From the NCBI RefSeq assembly GCF_018350175.1, contig NC_058368.1, positions 219,048,001 to 219,112,000 on the forward strand: a DNA stretch of 64,000 nt. Direction: 5' to 3'. A model generated the notes under the pieces. It ran no database searches. It was not told the origin of the DNA and was given only the letters and a program-made list of their open reading frames with translations. Of the stretch, positions 52,938 through 64,000 are shown piece by piece. The number at the start of each line of letters is the position of its first letter. Within the stretch, counting starts at the first letter, position 1. The DNA is from Felis catus. Lineage: Eukaryota. The translations under genes and the position numbers were made by a program.

Positions 52938-53162
52938 GGGGCACCTGGGTGGCACAGTCGGTTAAGCGTCCGACTTCAGCCAGGTCACGATCTCACGGTC
53001 TGTGAGTTTGAGCCCCGCGTCAGGCTCTGGGCTGATGGCTCAGAGCCTGTAGCCTGTTTCCGATTCTGTGCCTCCCTCTCTCTCTGCCCCTCCCCCGTTC
53101 ATGCTCTGTCTCTCTCTGTCCCAAAAATAAATAAACGTTGAAAAAAAAATTAAAAAAAAAAA
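52938..53162 (+). mobile_element. Young SINEC_Fc
   Basis: 'tcagccaggtcacg' type; perfect 15 bp TSD gaaaagtgagcatta at 52923-52937 and 53163-53177. Confidence 0.97.
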
Positions 53163-53269
53163 GAAAAGTGAGCATTATATTAATGACTATGATGATAATT
53201 ATTCCTATGTTGAAGTGTAGGTTAACATAGTATCTTCCTTATGTCTGTCATTGTGTCATTGTGTATAAA

Positions 53270-53410
53270 AAATATTTTATAGTATTTATGTTTATAATTA
53301 TATTTATAGTATTTTATATTTATATTTATTTCTAATATTTATATTTATAGTACTTATGTATTTATATTTATAATATTTTTCTATTTAACTATTATAAACA
53401 TAAATAACAT
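53270..53410. repeat. AT-rich low-complexity tract
   Basis: Imperfect (TATATT)n-like sequence. Confidence 0.75.
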
Positions 53411-56400
53411 TTTTATCTCACTTTAACTCTATTAAATGTCTTCATTCAGGGAATAGTACATATAAAAATAAATGTGTGAAAATAGATAAACCAAAAATAG
53501 ATATCACAAAAAAAAGAAGCAGAAATTCAGTAAAAATGTAAAATATAGCCTAAAATTATCCTTGGGCTTCCAATCTTTAAATTCTTTTTTATTTACCAAT
53601 CTTTTGCAATAAGAATAATAAATTATGTAATAATGGTTTGCAATTTTGTGTGTCAAAAGTGGAGACTTAAGAAAAGTTAGATATCTACATTTTAAACTTA
53701 CTGGGTTCAAAATGCTTTGCCAACCTCATTAAATTCCTTGAATCAGGTGCCTAATTAAAATCACAGATATTCTGTCTGAGGCTTCAGAATCTGCCAGTTA
53801 TTCCTCCAATAGATGAGTCAGTGGTTGAATTATGGATTTCTGCTATGGAAAGTTATTATATTAGTAGTAGTTATATACTTACTGACTTTATGTCTAAGTG
53901 GAAAAACTGAACGGTATTATACATGTTAAAGTATAGTGAAAGAAACTATAGAGCTTGACCATCCTCGTTTAAAACCATTATTTACTTCATTTTTTTATCA
54001 TGTGAATATAACACTCATAGACTGTTTCTGGCACCTAAATGTCAATTTAACCTTCAGGCTTCACAAATTTCATTCATATTATACTACATCTCATAAGTGC
54101 AGAATGTCACAAGGTCTAAATGCATGCGCTAGATCTTTAATTATAATCACCCTGCTGTTAAAAAAAAAAGTTAGTATTACAGTGTTTATATTCTGGACAC
54201 CCAGAATATAAATAAATTTTATATCTTAGATGAGTCACTTAAAAATGAATTTTTTCATAGAATACTGGTTGCGAGTCTATGAAAAAGGAGGGAAAAAAAG
54301 TGTGTGGAATGAAATCAGGGTATGGAAAGATCAAAATGAAAGTTCACACTAAATGATGCCTCTTTTCATTCAAGTAAATGTCAGCTATCAGTTTCAGAAC
54401 AGCATCCTGATTTTTAAGAATAGAGCCATGAATACAGTGGTTAATATGAAAATAAAGATTATCAAACTTTGGGAATTAATAAAATTCTTCATTGAAGAAA
54501 AGAGGGTGATTACTTTTTGCACACAACACATAGGTCATTTTCAGAGGCTCTCTTTGGAAATGTAGCCCTTTATGTGGCATTTCACTCTGTAATATTAAAA
54601 AGCAATTTTTATAGCCAGGTTTCTTTAGCAGAAGTCAAGTGGAATGTAGAAATAGTTCTACAAAAAAATTCAAGGAAGAAATACTTTTTTTACTTCTTTA
54701 CTTTTATGACAGCCACCCCAAGACTTTTATGGATCTAAACCCTGGGAGCAATTTGATGATCTCTAATCAGAGAAGTACAACTGAAAAAACTAATAAAAAA
54801 GGTTACTGAGCTACACTTTACTCCCAACTCATATGATGGCCATCATTTGCACTCCGTGTAGAATCACTGATATTTTAGATCATTTTAATCTAATACAAAG
54901 TGGTTTTAGGACTCATTTTAATTATTGAGTAATATATTTTTTTTACTTTATTACTTTAACTAAATAATGACAAAACAAAGCAAACTTGACAACTAAAATG
55001 TACTTCAAAATCAAGGATTATCACCAAAAACCTATAAGCTTTATAAGTAGAATTCCCAGAGTAATTTGTTTTCCATTAGAAGACATTGGCCTCTGGAGTA
55101 AATACAGCTTTAAAAAAATCTAAAAATATCATTTCTTTATGTTTCAACTTAATTTAATATAAAATTTAATATAATTTCAAAAGTGGATGGGGTAGTTTAT
55201 ATTTATTACATTTAAGCAACATGGTCTTACATGGACCCAAGTGTACACAGCAGTTCCTAACTAATATTATCACCTAAGATACTGATGAATGCTAGTATTA
55301 ATATCCCAGCTCCAAAGGGTTTGAACAGTGAGGCATTTATTAGCTCACTTCAGTATTGGAAGGTATGACTATTTAGATAGGTTAATACAGAGGCATAAGA
55401 AAGCCATCCACAACACAGGAGTTTTTCATCCTCTACCCTGCCTTCCTCAGCTGTTTGGCATTTGTACCAAGGTGGAAAATTTTCCTAGAGATATCTGTAA
55501 AGATTCCATTTTGCTTCCTTTGATCAGAATGGCATGACATGCCCATTCCTGAATGAATCTCTAGTACTGGGAAAGGAATGACCATGATTGTTTTAACCTA
55601 ATAAAAATTAATCCCCACCTCTGTAGAGGATGGAGTGAAGGATGTGGACCAGTTCGGGGGGAGGAGGCTTTCTGTAAGAGAAAGGAAACACAAGTAATAA
55701 GCACATAACCAAGTGTATTTTTCACACTAACAATACTGGTAATGGTTGGCTTATTAGGAAAAACTTTGTGAATCAATATACTGATTTCACCCCTCCTACA
55801 AACCCAGGGGAAGGAAAAGAAAGAATTATTCAAAATGAGGATTATATATATTTTCCCCTGAAGAGATAGCCTAACATTGATTTTTTTAAAGCTAATTCGT
55901 CCCAGAAAGTAGGGCAGGATTTGAAGATATTTTTAATAATATTCTGTCTGTCATGAATTTGAAATAAACAGTACTAAAATATATTTGAGTGATTTGAACG
56001 GTGCTGACATGCCTCCTACGTTTTACTTTAAATCATGACTATTATTTTTTAACCTCTGATTTTAAGCCTTTAAGAGAAACCCTTTATATTTACATAGCAT
56101 ATTCAATTTAGAGAACAAGAAACAGTCCATAAATTGATTTACTAACTATAGACCATGTTCTGCACTTAATTATTCACCATTATATTCCTCTTTAGAGTCT
56201 TAGGACAAAAAGTATAATTTCTCCCAATACTGAAATAAATTCAGTCATGTCTGCTGGGCTATTTGGAAGCTATTCAATCGTATAAATTAACACTCAGTAA
56301 CAGCTTAGAATCACTCCCAAACATTTTAAATGTGGTAACACATCAAAAGTCTCTTGCTGATATCTAACTGGGGAGAAAGTCAGAGAGAAAAGTGTAAGAG

Positions 56401-57355
56401 GGGAGGGAAAGGGTAAGACAGGAGGAAAAAAAGAAAAAGCAAGAAGTGTCTTAAGAAAGGTAAGAAATAACCTTAATCATTTTTTTTTAAAGTTCAGGAA
56501 AGTTAAATTAAAAGTTTTATTTAGAAAAAATACCAAGTATGTCATTTTTCTTGTGAAATTAAGTTAATTACAGAGCCCCAAAATGTATATTTGAAAAAGA
56601 TTATCAAATTTTGAATAAGAAACACATACTATACATTACCATAATACCATGATCCTCATTTTTATTCAAATAATTTGCTGTTCTTTTTATGTGAGCAATA
56701 AATTCTAATACATGCAGTCTCTGGGATTAAAATAAGATCCAATTCTGTTTGCATCAAATCAGAAACAAATTCAAATACCACCTCTTAGATTTAACCACAT
56801 AGATATGATTTTAAGAAGAGGCAGGTGAGGTACTAAAAAGACCCAGATGTTCTCAGCAGGTAGAACTTGGTCTGAATGTGTGGTTTGCTATGTTAAAAAA
56901 AAAAAAAAATGTTTAACAAATCTAAATTTCATTCACTTATTTTCAAAATAGCAATACTAAAACACATCTTTGTTAAGTCATTTAGAAATAAATGAGTACA
57001 TATATGTTTGTGTACATGCACATGTATGTGTGTGTATGAGAATGAATTTATGTTTCTTGTATAGACAGGTTTGTACATACAGAAATTAACACAAGATTTT
57101 GATTCAAAATGCTATTTTAAGTTGCAAATTAGCTGTGATTTATATTAATCAGTGCCTTAATATTTCAGTTCATTTTCAATTGTCAATTATACCCAGTAAT
57201 TTGATAAAGACTTTTACAGAATGTGAAAAATGGGTTTAGAATTTAAGCTTAACTAGTATCGTCTGAATTTTACTGCATAAGTGCAAAACACTAATACTCA
57301 AGAACAAATTGGAAAACAAGTAGTTTAAAATAAAATATTTTAAAAAGTACTACTT

Positions 57356-57573
57356 GGGGCGCCTGGGTGGCTCAGTCGGTTAAGCATCCGACTTCGTCTC
57401 AGGTCATGATCTCACGGTCCGTGGGTTCGAGCCCCGCGTCGGGCTCTGTGCTGACTGCTCGGAGCCCGGAGCCTGTTTCAGATTCTGTGTCTCCCTCTCT
57501 CTCTGACCCTCCCCCGTTCATGCTCTGTCTCTCTCTGTCTCAAAAATAAATAAAACATTAAAAAAATTTTTTT
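57356..57573 (+). mobile_element. Young SINEC_Fc
   Basis: CpG-rich; TSD aaagt[a/t]ctactt. Confidence 0.96.
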
Positions 57574-59216
57574 AAAGTTCTACTTTATATGGATATACAA
57601 CCATCAGTTGTTTTTATCCTACTTCATTTCTAACATGGACAAGAATACATTTAGGAAAATATAAGAAGCTTGATATTTATTGATTTAGTATTTATTTACA
57701 TTCAGTTATGGTATATATTTGAAAATAATAAGAACAAAACCATGCTAGACATTTGCTGTATGTGTGGGAATTTGTAAGTATTATTTCTGGATTTAGAAAG
57801 CATTAAGTTGATTGAATACCAAGTATAAATATCTGCCTTTGGAAGGATTTTTTTTTAATATTAGTTAAGATCTAGAGCTTGCTTCATAATTGTGATTTTC
57901 TAGGCAACATGTATAATGTGGCATAAATTCTTTATTGATTATTTTAAATGGCCCTGATTGGCATATCAGGTAATTTAAGTGGAAAACAAACATTGCCTCA
58001 ATACCTTTTCATTAATATGGTGCACATAATGATTGATATTGAACTATCAAGCAAACTTTTGTCGCTTGATTGGTGTGTTACTATATGCAATTTAGTAGCA
58101 GTCTACCTCTGAATGTCATGCTTAGGTATCTGGTTTCATCATTTATCAGTATGATAAATATATGCATAAGCTCTGAATTTATTTTTATACTGTTGGCCAA
58201 TTTGGAGCAGTTAAATCCTATGGAAAATGTATAGGTCAAAAAAACAACACTATGTACAACATTTTTGAAGAACATAGTTAGGTACTCATTGTAATGTCCA
58301 AGGGCCCAACATAACTCCTAGTTTTATCTGTATATAACTGTTTTCACCCTGATGCTATGAACCTCACAGAAACCGACTTTAATAGCCTAAGTAAAGGACA
58401 CATAGTGTTGATACCAATCTGTCCTGGGGAATCTTTCTGAGTTCTGTAGATCTTAAAGCCAGCAGGACCTTCCTTTCAGGATCACAGAAAAGCCCTATAT
58501 GCTTTTTGTTGTTCTACTTTTTCTACCTCCCTCCTTCCTTCCACCTGCCCTCACATATTCATACAAAGTACATTTGTTGGAAACTGCTACTTCTTTAGCA
58601 TGAAAACCTGGCTAAAAGTTGGTAGATTCTACCATGAGCCATGAAGCCTATTTGGGCAGTTCTAGAAATCTGTGTTCAAAGTGTTATGTTGTTTACAGTC
58701 AAGCATAGGTCTGTTTGACAACCACTACATGTTTCTTGGGTTATTTTACTGGCTTCTGTTGGCTTGAATGTAATTCAGTTAGAACCAACGGCAATTCTTA
58801 ATCACCCCATTAAGTCAGCTCTGCACGCTGATCAACACTGAGGCATATTTTTTTTAAAACCAGTTTTGGATTTATACTGATAATTCCAATCTTTTCTTAA
58901 ATCTTGTGGCTTTCATTTCATGATAAATAGAAGGCATCCTGAAACATTCTTAGGTAATCTAAACTGTGCAAATTAATATATATTTATTTTAATCTCTAAA
59001 GTCTAAAATCTAAAATTTGGGCCACAGTCAACTCTGGAGTAGATTTAAATACTTGACCAAAGCATTTGTGTGTATTAATGAGCCATGTAACCTGAATAAT
59101 ATGCTCTGCAGGTCTGAATTAAAATCTTATATACCAGCACAGGGACAACTGCTAGCCTCATTTAGCTATGGGTTTACCAGGATGTGACTCCAAATCTTAA
59201 AACAAGAGAAATCTCA

Positions 59217-59436
59217 GGGGCACCTGGGTAGCTCAGTCGGTTGAGCGTCCGACTTCGGCTCAGGTCATGATCTCACAGCTCTGTGAGTTTGAGCCCCACG
59301 TTGGGCTTTATGCTGACAGCTCAGAGCTTGGAGCCTGCTTCGGATTTTGTGTCTCCCTCTCTCTCTGCCCCTTACCCACTTGCATTCTGTTTCCGTCTCT
59401 CTCAAAAATAAATAAACATTAAAAAAATTTAAAAAA
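59217..59436 (+). mobile_element. CAN-SINE (SINEC_Fc)
   Basis: Full head, body and tail. Confidence 0.94.
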
Positions 59437-60099
59437 CCCAGAACTCTGAGAAGAATATATTGACTGTCACATTTAATGATAGCATAATAAACTCATTTTG
59501 TTTACACTAATATAATGCCCTTGAAAAATTTTAACAGACTTTATATAATCAATAAGTATACCATATGTTTAGTGAAAAGTAGTTCTCATGAGATTCAGTC
59601 ATTCATTCATGCAATTTATGCATAATTAATGCCATCTCTATTAGGTATTCTATTAGATGGCAGAACAGTGAGATGCATAGTGATTATTATATTTATTTCC
59701 TGATTTTACATATTGAAATAATACCTCTACCAAGTTCACAAAAATTCTGTGTACCCAGAAGAGTAACACAGATTTTTCCAAATTACAGCCAATGGTATAC
59801 TTCTGGCCATTTCAGAAACACTATGTATTTAATGCAGATTGAGCAAACATTGTTAGCATATCAGCACTTTCTAAATGCCCACAATTTAAATAGACAACTT
59901 TATTATCTCTGTAATATAACCCTTTTTCAATAACTAGTTTCATAATAAACTTGTAGAAAACTATAATCATATGTTGCCTTTCACTGTAATTATTATCTCA
60001 TAAATTTGTATTCGCATATCATAAATAAAGGTCATAATATTGGTAAAATTATGTATTAATACAAACCTTTGGATAAAAACATAAAAGTCATAGTCATAA

Positions 60100-60255
60100 T
60101 AGATAGGAGGGAAGAAACTTTTAGATGTGATAAATATATTTTTGGTGTAGATTTTGGTGTAGATGGTTTTATAGGTCCATACTTACTTCCAAACTCATCA
60201 AGTTGTATACATTAAGTATACACATTTCATAACTAAGCATCCCTCAGTAAAAAAG
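60100..60255 (+). mobile_element. L1MB-like 3' terminal fragment
   Basis: 'gaagaaacttttagatgtgata...ccaaactcatcaagttgtatacattaa'. Confidence 0.65.
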
Positions 60256-60823
60256 AAAACAACTTTTGTTTTCATTCTACCTACTACTCCTGGGCTCTTC
60301 CTCTATCTCTTGAATAGTTGAAAGTCTAACAGTCCCTAAAGAGCTTAATAAAACTAACTTAGAAATAAGTAAAATGCTATAGAGCAATTATAAACAAATT
60401 TTAGAAATATTTAGGAAGATTCCTGCAAAGAAAGAAAAAAAAAACAGAACGAGGCAAATACCTTTACATATTTGATCAAATTCTTAAGGAAAAAACTACT
60501 CCTATCTTGTATATAAACTCATATGTCAAACCAATCATTTAAAAATATTTTAACAATAAAAGAACAATGATATGAAACAAGTATATAGGATTATCTAACG
60601 TGTGAAGATAATTTTTTAAAGTTTTAACAAAAATGTTGGCAAAGCAAATCTAGCATTAATATAATTTAAGTAATAATTTCCATGGTGTTGGTGATTTTCT
60701 AGTTTTTGTGATGAGCTCAGAGCATGTATTGTGTTATTTTATAACCAATATTAATATTACGTATTTTATGTTTCAGATTTACATTTGAAAAGTTAATAAA
60801 GACAAATTAAAGAATTGATTTTT

Positions 60824-61047
60824 GGGGGAGACCTGGGTGGCTCAGTCAGTTAAGCGTTTGACTCTTGATCTCAGCTCAGGTCATGAACTCATGGTCCTGG
60901 GATCCAGCCCCTCATCACTCAGGACTAAGCATGGAGCCCACTTGTGATTCTCTCTCTCCCTCTCTCTCTCTCTGCCCCTCATGCACACGTGTACATATAG
61001 CCACATGCACGCTCACTCTATCTCTCAAAATAAATAAATGAACTTAA
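60824..61047 (+). mobile_element. CAN-SINE (older subfamily)
   Basis: 'actcttgatctcagctcaggtcatg' variant; degenerate TSD aaagaatt(t)ga. Confidence 0.9.
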
Positions 61048-61429
61048 AAAGAATTTGAACATCTTTCTATTAGTAGCTATCATTTTTAGTGCTTGATGTG
61101 TACCTATAATTTAGTAAAATAATCATTGAAAAGATGAGCCAAGAGGTGATCAATATGTGTTCTAAACTGTTAGATAATCTGAACTTTTCATATGATGTTA
61201 TCAAATCAAAGCATAAAAACAAATATTCAAACAGTAATAAACAACAACAAAAACAAGTAAAATATAGCAACTATAGTTAAACAAGGAAGATTATACCTGC
61301 TCTAGAATGGTATTTTTCACACACCAAAAAACTTAAAAGACAGATACATAATTACATTTATGTATTCATTAAAACACAAGTCCCAAAATAACTTGCTAAC
61401 TCCTAGTGACTTGGGGTAATTAGATTCTA

Positions 61430-61592
61430 TTTTCTATTTTCTCTTTTCTTTCTTTTCTTTTTTCTTTTTTCTTCTTTCTTTTTTCTTTTTTCTTCTCTTC
61501 CCTTCCCTTCCCTTCCCTTCCTTTTCTTTTCTTTTCTTTTCTTTTCTTTTCTTTTCTTTTCTTTTCTTTTCTTTTCTTTTCTTTTCTTTTTT
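61430..61592. repeat. Polypyrimidine (CTTTT)n/(CCCTT)n tract at an L1 tail
   Basis: Direct reading; ~155 nt of C/T only. Confidence 0.95.
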
Positions 61593-62186
61593 TATCATTC
61601 ATTTCAGGCATAGTATTTAGTGATTCATCATTTATAAAAAACACCCGTGCTCATCACAAGTGCCCTCCCTAATACCCATCACCCGTTTAGCCCATCCCCC
61701 TGCTCAGTTCCCCTTCAGCAACCCTCAATTTACTGTCTATAGTTAAGAGTCTGTTTTATGAATTGCCTCTCTCTCTTTTTTTCTGTATGTTCACGTTTTG
61801 TTTCTTAAATTTCATATATGAGTGAAATCATGTTATCTGTGTTTCGCTCCATGACTTATTTCACTTAGTATAATAGTCTCCAGCTCCATCCATGTCCTTG
61901 CAAATGGTGAGATGTCCTTCTTTTTTTTTTTTTTTATGGTTGAATAATGTTCCATTGTATATATACACCACATCTTCTTTATCGACTTATCAGTTAATGG
62001 ACATTTGGGTTCTTTCCATAATTTGGCTATTGTTGATAATGCTACTATAAACACTGGGGTGCATGTATCCTTTCAAATCTGCATTTTTGTATCCTTTGGA
62101 TAAATATCTAACAGCACAATTGCTGAGCCATAGGGTAGTTCTAGTTTTAAATTTTTGAGGAAATTCCATACTGTTTTGCAGAGTTG
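61593..62186 (-). mobile_element. Carnivore L1 3' fragment
   Basis: ORF 61833-62054 ([19 protein letters not shown]) and antisense 3' UTR. Confidence 0.92.
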
Positions 62187-62220
62187 CTTCAAAACCAATT
62201 TACAATTGCACTAGACTCTT

Positions 62221-62345
62221 GGGGCTCCTGGGTGCCTCAGTTTGTTGAGCATCTGACTTCGGCTCAGGTCATGATCTCATGGTTCAATCCCTGCATTGGG
62301 CTTGCTGCTGTCAGCAGAGAGTCCACTCTCTGCCCCTTCCCGCTG

Positions 62346-62386
<41 letters not shown>

Positions 62387-62418
62387 ATCTCTCAAAATTA
62401 AAAAAAAAATTAAAAAAA
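62221..62418 (+). mobile_element. CAN-SINE with internal deletions
   Basis: Head intact; body shortened; (CT)n and A tail. Confidence 0.9.
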
Positions 62419-62475
62419 CATTTGCACTAAATTCTCTTTCTTTTAAATATTAAGTGTACATAGTGTTTACCTAGA

Positions 62476-62478
<3 letters not shown>

Positions 62479-62519
<41 letters not shown>
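62479..62519. repeat. (TA)n microsatellite
   Basis: Direct reading. Confidence 0.95.
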
Positions 62520-62522
<3 letters not shown>

Positions 62523-62562
62523 TTTTTGGAGCATTTGTAATGTTCACTACTTCAATAAGGTG

Positions 62563-62896
62563 ATTATTATTATTATTATTATTATTATTATTTTGCATCT
62601 TGGTAAGTGTACGCTTTAATCCCCATCACCTGTTTCATCCATCCCCCCATGCACCTCCCCTCCAGTAACCATCAGTTTGGTCTCTATAGTTGAGTATATT
62701 TCTTGATTTCTCTTTCTCTCTCTCTTTTTTCTTTGCTCCTTGTTTTATTTCTTCAATTCCACATATAAGTGAAGTCATGTAGTATTTATCTCTCGCTGCC
62801 TGACTTATTTTGCTTATTTCCTTAGCATTATACTCCCTAGCTCTATGTTGTTGCAAATGGCAAGATTTCATTCTTTTTATAGATGAGTAATATTAC

Positions 62897-62931
<35 letters not shown>

Positions 62932-63012
62932 CACATATGTTTCATATATATATATATAAATTCCATATAATTCCATATATATAAATTCCATATAATTCCA
63001 TATATATATATG

Positions 63013-63065
<53 letters not shown>

Positions 63066-63175
63066 CTCGTGAGCTGCTTCCATAGTTTGGCTATTGTAAA
63101 TAATGCTGCAATAAACAGAGGGGTTGTATCTATCCCTTTGAATCAGTGTTTTGTATTTTTTGGGTAAATACCAAT
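62563..63175 (-). mobile_element. Carnivore L1 3' fragment with (TTA)n tail and internal TA expansions
   Basis: 'taatccccatcacctgtttc...cccctccagtaaccatcagttt...gttgcaaatggcaagatttcattc'. Confidence 0.9.
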
Positions 63176-64000
63176 TAGGGTGACTGTTTAGACGTGAACA
63201 ATTAGAAGAGCCATCCAGCAATGACTCAACATATGGGAAAAGCCCAAACAAAGCACAAGTTTGGTTCAAAGAATTAAGGGGCAGGGTGTCAGAGGAAGAA
63301 TTCTGAGATGCTCAATACTGAGTATTCAGATTGCCTTGTCCTGTGGTACAAAGTTATTAGACTAAGGATGTGCAAAAGTGCTTGTACAAAGATCTAAAAT
63401 AAAGTGTGAATAAAAATTAAAATGAGCTCTTTGAATAAAATACTTTTAGGGCATTGAAATCAAACACAAAAAATATCTGTATCATCAGTAAAAGCTGCAA
63501 CTGTTTTGGAAGCAGGACCCTCTAGAGTGAGGTGGAATTTTGGAAAGAATAGAGAGGAATGGTTTCATTCTATAGCAAACATCATGTAACACTATCGCAA
63601 TGGGAGCAGCAATGGATAGTGAGACGATGGAGTAATATGTTGGAGACAAAACCAGAGACAAATGAAAGTTAATCTTTCTTCAAGCTAGAGCATGTTACAC
63701 TGTTCTTTTAAAAAATTATTTGTGACTTTAATTTCTATTCAATATTTGTTAGAGATTGACTAGTCCTACATTCAAAATAATCTAAATGCATAGTATATTT
63801 TTATATATTTTTCCAGCGTGAGTAGATTTTAATGTCTATATTGGAAACCACAATAAAATCATTACTTACAACATTACTTTTTACTTTTACTCTTTCAAAA
63901 AAAGTATGCTAGTCAAATGTCAAATATAAAGTGAACTTAATTATGTAGTTTATAAAATTAAGAGTAAATTATGTATGTAAGGTATAACTGAGTAGTACTT

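Noticed and set aside
2521..57549. Family of similar short ORFs (MAQSVK..TSAQVMIS..)
   Set aside because: These are translations of CAN-SINE copies, not a paralogous gene family
61420..61644. Lys/Arg/Glu-rich ORF
   Set aside because: Translation of the (GAAAA)n microsatellite
1..64000. CRISPR array or other novel multi-gene system
   Set aside because: No regularly spaced repeat-spacer array, operon-like ORF cluster or intact long ORF; repeated sequences are explained by known eukaryotic transposon families

Overview
AT-rich, CpG-poor mammalian genomic DNA, almost certainly from a felid (cat family): it has about 26 tRNA-derived CAN-SINEs, many of the feline SINEC_Fc type, plus carnivore/feline L1 3' ends. 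I see no credible host protein-coding gene, RNA gene, CpG island, CRISPR array or prokaryotic system; the window reads as intergenic DNA or a deep intron. Where I could assign them, the listed ORFs are repeat read-throughs (SINE, L1, ERV, microsatellite); the rest look like chance ORFs. Content: SINEs, truncated L1s of several ages, MaLR/ERVL LTRs (MLT1A/D/H, MLT2, MER21, LTR16-like), MER58A/MER5 DNA transposon remnants, MIR/L2 traces and microsatellites. The less obvious items are two decayed ERVL-class proviral fossils (~14.5-18.3 kb and ~46.1-50.1 kb), an L3/CR1 reverse transcriptase fossil (~51.1-51.4 kb) and several nested or chimeric insertions. I found no evidence of a new biological system. 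Repeat family names come from recalled consensus sequences, and many boundaries are approximate; both need RepeatMasker/Dfam confirmation.
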